From Halodesulfurarchaeum sp. (GTDB taxonomy: Archaea; Halobacteriota; Halobacteria; Halobacteriales; Halobacteriaceae), in NCBI GenBank assembly GCA_042216015.1, contig JBDGUI010000013.1, positions 1 through 64,000 of the forward strand: 64,000 bases of DNA. Reading direction: 5' to 3'. Positions within the stretch are counted from its first letter, which is position 1. Each line of letters begins with the position of its first letter. Of this stretch, positions 60,845-64,000 are shown one piece after another. Below the pieces are notes generated by a model. The model did no database searches. It saw nothing but the letters and a program-made list of their open reading frames with translations, and had not been told where the DNA came from. Position numbers and translations under genes: made by a program.

Positions 60845-60966
60845 CTGGCGGTCTCCGGAACGGTGGGCCACACCCGGCAGGGGAACGGGAATGATCGCAG
60901 GAGCACGCCTGCCGCGGTCGGAAAATCCGCTCTCGCGAACCGTTCCGGGCGACGGGTCAGGGCATG
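60845..60966 (-). ncRNA. Candidate structured small RNA, copy 2 of the two-copy element
   Basis: TTCAAG 26-31 nt before ATGCCCTGA; perfect 10-bp stem between 60939-60948 and 60855-60864; homologous to 47525-47561. Confidence 0.5.
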
Positions 60967-61079
60967 GGGCGAGATGGTCAGGTTTTCGTACTTGAACCTC
61001 GGGTCGGCACGGCGGGATTTTGACCCCTCGATGGAACCCTTCCAGAAGCCATAACCTCCCGGCACGATTGCGGTGGGAT

Positions 61080-62060
61080 ATGGATCCCTACGACCTCCTG
61101 ACGCGGAACGCCTCGGAGGTGGTCACGGAGACGGAACTCCGGACGATCGCGGACGACCCCATGGGCAAGCGGGCCTACGTGGGATACGAGCCCTCAGGAG
61201 TTCTCCACATCGGGCACCTGTTGACCGCGAACAAGCTGATCGACCTGCAGGAGGCGGGTCTGGAGGTCGTGGTGTTGCTTGCGGACGTGCACGCGTATCT
61301 CAACGGCAAGGGCACGTTCGAGGAGATCCGGGAGACCGCCGAGCAGATGAAGGCCCAGTTTCTCGCCTACGGCCTCGATCCAGAACAGACGGAGTTTCGC
61401 TACGGCTCGGCCTTCCAGTTCGAGGAGGAGTACGTGCTCGACCTCCACACCCTGGCCCTCGAAACGTCGATCAATCGCGCCCAGCGGGCGATGGCCGAGA
61501 TTCAAAGCGGGGAGACGGTCACGGTCTCCCACGTGATCTACCCACTAATGCAGGTCCTCGACATCGAGTATCTCGATCTCGATCTCGCGGTCGGCGGGCT
61601 GGACCAGCGCAAGGTGCACATGCTCGCCCGCGAGAAACTTCCGGACCTGGGATATGCCGTGCGCCCGGCGATCCACACGCCGATTCTGGGGGACCTGACG
61701 ACCGGCGAGGGCAAGATGTCCTCGAGTGCGGGCGTCACGCTCTCGATGGAGGACTCCACTGCGTCGATCGAGGAGAAGGTCAATTCGGCGTTTTGTCCAC
61801 CGACTCGAGATCCCGAGGGCGAGAAAGTCAACCCAGTTCTCGAGCTGTTCGAGTACCAGATATTCCCCCGATTCGACCGCGTCGTCGTCGAGCGCCCCGA
61901 GAAGTACGGCGGGAATCTCGAGTATGCGACCCACGAGGCGCTCGCCGACGACCTCGAATCAGGCGACCTCCACCCGGCCGACGCGAAGTCGGCATTGGCC
62001 AGTCACCTCGACGACCTGATCGCCCCCGGTCGGGAGCGGTTGCGGGAGCTTCGGGACTGA
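61080..62060 (+). CDS. tyrS: Tyrosine--tRNA ligase
   Basis: YVGYEPSGVLHIGH, YPLMQVLD, GGLDQRKVH, KMSSS. Confidence 0.97.
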   Translation: MDPYDLLTRNASEVVTETELRTIADDPMGKRAYVGYEPSGVLHIGHLLTANKLIDLQEAGLEVVVLLADVHAYLNGKGTFEEIRETAEQMKAQFLAYGLDPEQTEFRYGSAFQFEEEYVLDLHTLALETSINRAQRAMAEIQSGETVTVSHVIYPLMQVLDIEYLDLDLAVGGLDQRKVHMLAREKLPDLGYAVRPAIHTPILGDLTTGEGKMSSSAGVTLSMEDSTASIEEKVNSAFCPPTRDPEGEKVNPVLELFEYQIFPRFDRVVVERPEKYGGNLEYATHEALADDLESGDLHPADAKSALASHLDDLIAPGRERLRELRD

Positions 62061-62162
62061 GCGGGCCGTTCGTGCGGCGAGAAATTCTGTGAACCCTCGG
62101 CGGCGGTCGGCAGGCGACCGCGTGTGATGGGGTTTAAGCCGCTGTGTTGCAAATTCGGTGGC

Positions 62163-62450
62163 ATGAGCGAGAACGAGCGTGGACGGACTGACCTCAGGAT
62201 GCCCGACGACGACGAGGTATTCGCGGTGGTCGAAAACATGCTCGGCGCGAATCGCGTGAAAGTGAGGTGCGAGGACGGGGTCGAACGCACGGCCCGCATC
62301 CCGGGCCGGATGCAAAAGCGGGTCTGGATCCGCGAGGACGACGTGGTTCTGGTCGAACCGTGGGACTGGCAGGACGAGAAGGCCGACATCGTCTGGCGCT
62401 ACGAGAAGAGCGAGGCCGACCAACTCCGGGAGGAGGGCCACATCGGGTGA
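62163..62450 (+). CDS. eif1a: Translation initiation factor aIF1A
   Basis: [39 protein letters not shown] at 62133-62138. Confidence 0.96.
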   Translation: MSENERGRTDLRMPDDDEVFAVVENMLGANRVKVRCEDGVERTARIPGRMQKRVWIREDDVVLVEPWDWQDEKADIVWRYEKSEADQLREEGHIG

Positions 62451-62453
62451 GCT

Positions 62454-63311
62454 GTGACCGATGAATTCGTCGAGTCCGACGCCGTCGATGGGGTCGGCGA
62501 CGAGTGGGAGGAACTCGACGTCTCGGACACGGCGGCCGACCGGATCGCCCGGAAGCAGGACCGCGAATTTTCCGAGTTCCGCAAGCGCCTGAAGGACACG
62601 GAGCAGTTCAAAGTCGAGGGGTCGGTCTTCGACGATGCGACCTACGCCGCCCTGTACAAGCTCGTTCAGGACGGCCACCTCCAGGCCTTCGGCGGCCCAA
62701 TCTCCACGGGCAAGGAGGCAAACGTCTACGAGGCCCTCGACGAGGCCGGCGACACCGTCGCCGTGAAGGTCTATCTCACGACGACGAGCAACTTCCGGCA
62801 GATGAGCGACTATCTCGAGGGGGACCCCCGCTTCGAGGGCATCCAGGGCTCGACGACGAAGGTGGTCATCGCGTGGGTCAAAAAGGAGTACTCCAACCTC
62901 AAACGGGCCAAGGCGGCCGGCGTCGCCGTTCCGGACCCGATCGCCGTCCAGCGGAACGTCCTCGTGATGGAGTATCTCGGCGAGGAGGACGACCCGGCGC
63001 CCACCCTCAACGACGTCACCATCGAGAACCCCGAGACGGCCTTCTCGGTCGTTCGGGAGTACATGCGTCGACTCCACGACGCGGGACTGGTCCACGGCGA
63101 CCTGAGCGAGTACAACCTGGTCGTCCACGACGGACAGATCATCGTCATCGACGTCGGACAGGCGGTCACCGTTCACCATCCAAACGCCGAGGACCTCCTC
63201 GAGCGGGACTGCCGAAACGTCGCCGCCTTCTTCGCCGACCTCGGCGTGGACGTAACCGCTGAGTCCCTTCGGGCCCATCTCGACCGCGAGGCCGCGCCAC
63301 ACGAGGACTGA
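62454..63311 (+). CDS. rio1: Serine/threonine kinase Rio1
   Basis: ISTGKEANVY, VHGDLSEYN, IDVGQ. Confidence 0.95.
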   Translation: MTDEFVESDAVDGVGDEWEELDVSDTAADRIARKQDREFSEFRKRLKDTEQFKVEGSVFDDATYAALYKLVQDGHLQAFGGPISTGKEANVYEALDEAGDTVAVKVYLTTTSNFRQMSDYLEGDPRFEGIQGSTTKVVIAWVKKEYSNLKRAKAAGVAVPDPIAVQRNVLVMEYLGEEDDPAPTLNDVTIENPETAFSVVREYMRRLHDAGLVHGDLSEYNLVVHDGQIIVIDVGQAVTVHHPNAEDLLERDCRNVAAFFADLGVDVTAESLRAHLDREAAPHED

Positions 63312-63354
63312 CTCCCGGAGAACCCTTAAACCCACAGCGTCGCTAGTCTCGGCC

Positions 63355-63906
63355 ATGACACACGTGAAGATTCCGACGGAGCGGATCGGGGTGCTGATCG
63401 GCGAGGGAGGTGAGACCGTCGAGACGATCGAGGAGGCCGCGGAGGTCGAACTCACCATCGACTCGGAGAACGGCGCCGTGAAGATCGAGTCGGTCGGCGA
63501 CTCGGTCAAGGGGATGACCGCCTCGGACATCGTCCGGGCGATCGGCCGTGGTTTCGCCCCGGAGGAAGCCCTGACCCTCCTCGAGGACGAGATGCGGATG
63601 TTCGACCTGCTCGACATCGAGCGGGTCGCCCGGAACGACAACGACCTGCGCCGCCAGAAGGGGCGGCTCATCGGAGAGGGAGGTCGAACGCGAGAACTCA
63701 TGGAGGAACTGACCGGCGCGAGCGTGGCGATCTACGGCTCGACGATGGGCATCATTGGGTCCCCGCGCGAGGTCGAGATCGTGCGAAGCGCCGCGGACAT
63801 GTTGCTCGACGGGGCTCCCCACGGTGCCGTCTACTCCTTCCTCGAGCGAAAGCGCGTCGAGGAGCTGAAAAGCCAGGGAATGGATTACCACGAATTCACG
63901 GGCTGA
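63355..63906 (+). CDS. KH-domain pre-rRNA processing protein (Pno1/Dim2)
   Basis: RIGVLIGEGG, AIGRGF, GRLIGEGGRTR, GAPHGAVY. Confidence 0.92.
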   Translation: MTHVKIPTERIGVLIGEGGETVETIEEAAEVELTIDSENGAVKIESVGDSVKGMTASDIVRAIGRGFAPEEALTLLEDEMRMFDLLDIERVARNDNDLRRQKGRLIGEGGRTRELMEELTGASVAIYGSTMGIIGSPREVEIVRSAADMLLDGAPHGAVYSFLERKRVEELKSQGMDYHEFTG

Positions 63907-64000
63907 GTCGCTTGCCACCGTCGTCCGTGAGCCACGTAAATGATCGTGGCATGTGAGGCCACCACACGGATTTCGTGGTCCTCTTGCCGTCGCTGTACCT

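Noticed and set aside
60810..61050. SRP RNA, RNase P RNA or T-box leader for tyrS
   Set aside because: No GAGGAAAGTCC, no SRP helix-8 motif and no T-box sequence. tyrS has its own nearby promoter-like CATAAC. Kept instead as an unknown element.

Overview
This is a high-GC haloarchaeal (class Halobacteria) chromosomal window. The evidence is acidic proteins, TBP, aIF5B, aIF1A, eS19, Pus10/TrmY, PAN, a PGF-CTERM sorting tail, and TATA boxes about 25-30 nt before leaderless start codons. Most of it is core information-processing genes: a Ski2-like helicase, the RPA operon, hisS, truA, pepF, panB, infB, nob1, pgi, secDF, rnhB, thiL, rps19e, ahcY, hisG, tbp, rfc, rnz, tyrS, eif1A, rio1 and a KH protein, plus three tRNAs (Pro-TGG, His-GTG, Pro-CGG). 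Four accessory blocks are interspersed: (1) an Fe3+ ABC operon led by a surface-anchored helical protein with tandem DtxR-like boxes; (2) a hemA / radical-SAM / hemY heme cassette; (3) a lower-GC islet with a MASE3 histidine kinase, a decayed kinase fragment and an unlisted 45-aa CPxC zinc-finger microprotein; (4) a FixABCX-type ETF operon. The last block hints at an anaerobic lifestyle (inference). No transposase, integrase, rRNA or CRISPR array was seen. The most striking unexplained signal is a two-copy intergenic element at 47525-47640 (+) and 60845-60966 (-). Both copies have a TATA box at the same spacing, a leaderless ATG-CCC-stop, a 33/37-identical core and a long-range stem with a compensatory base change, making it a candidate new structured RNA family. 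Also notable are palindromic elements built from copies of the adjacent tRNA's own 3' end, found behind both tRNA-His and tRNA-Pro(TGG). All calls come from reading motifs by eye, with no database searches. Start codons were adjusted by hand where the ORF track over-extends.
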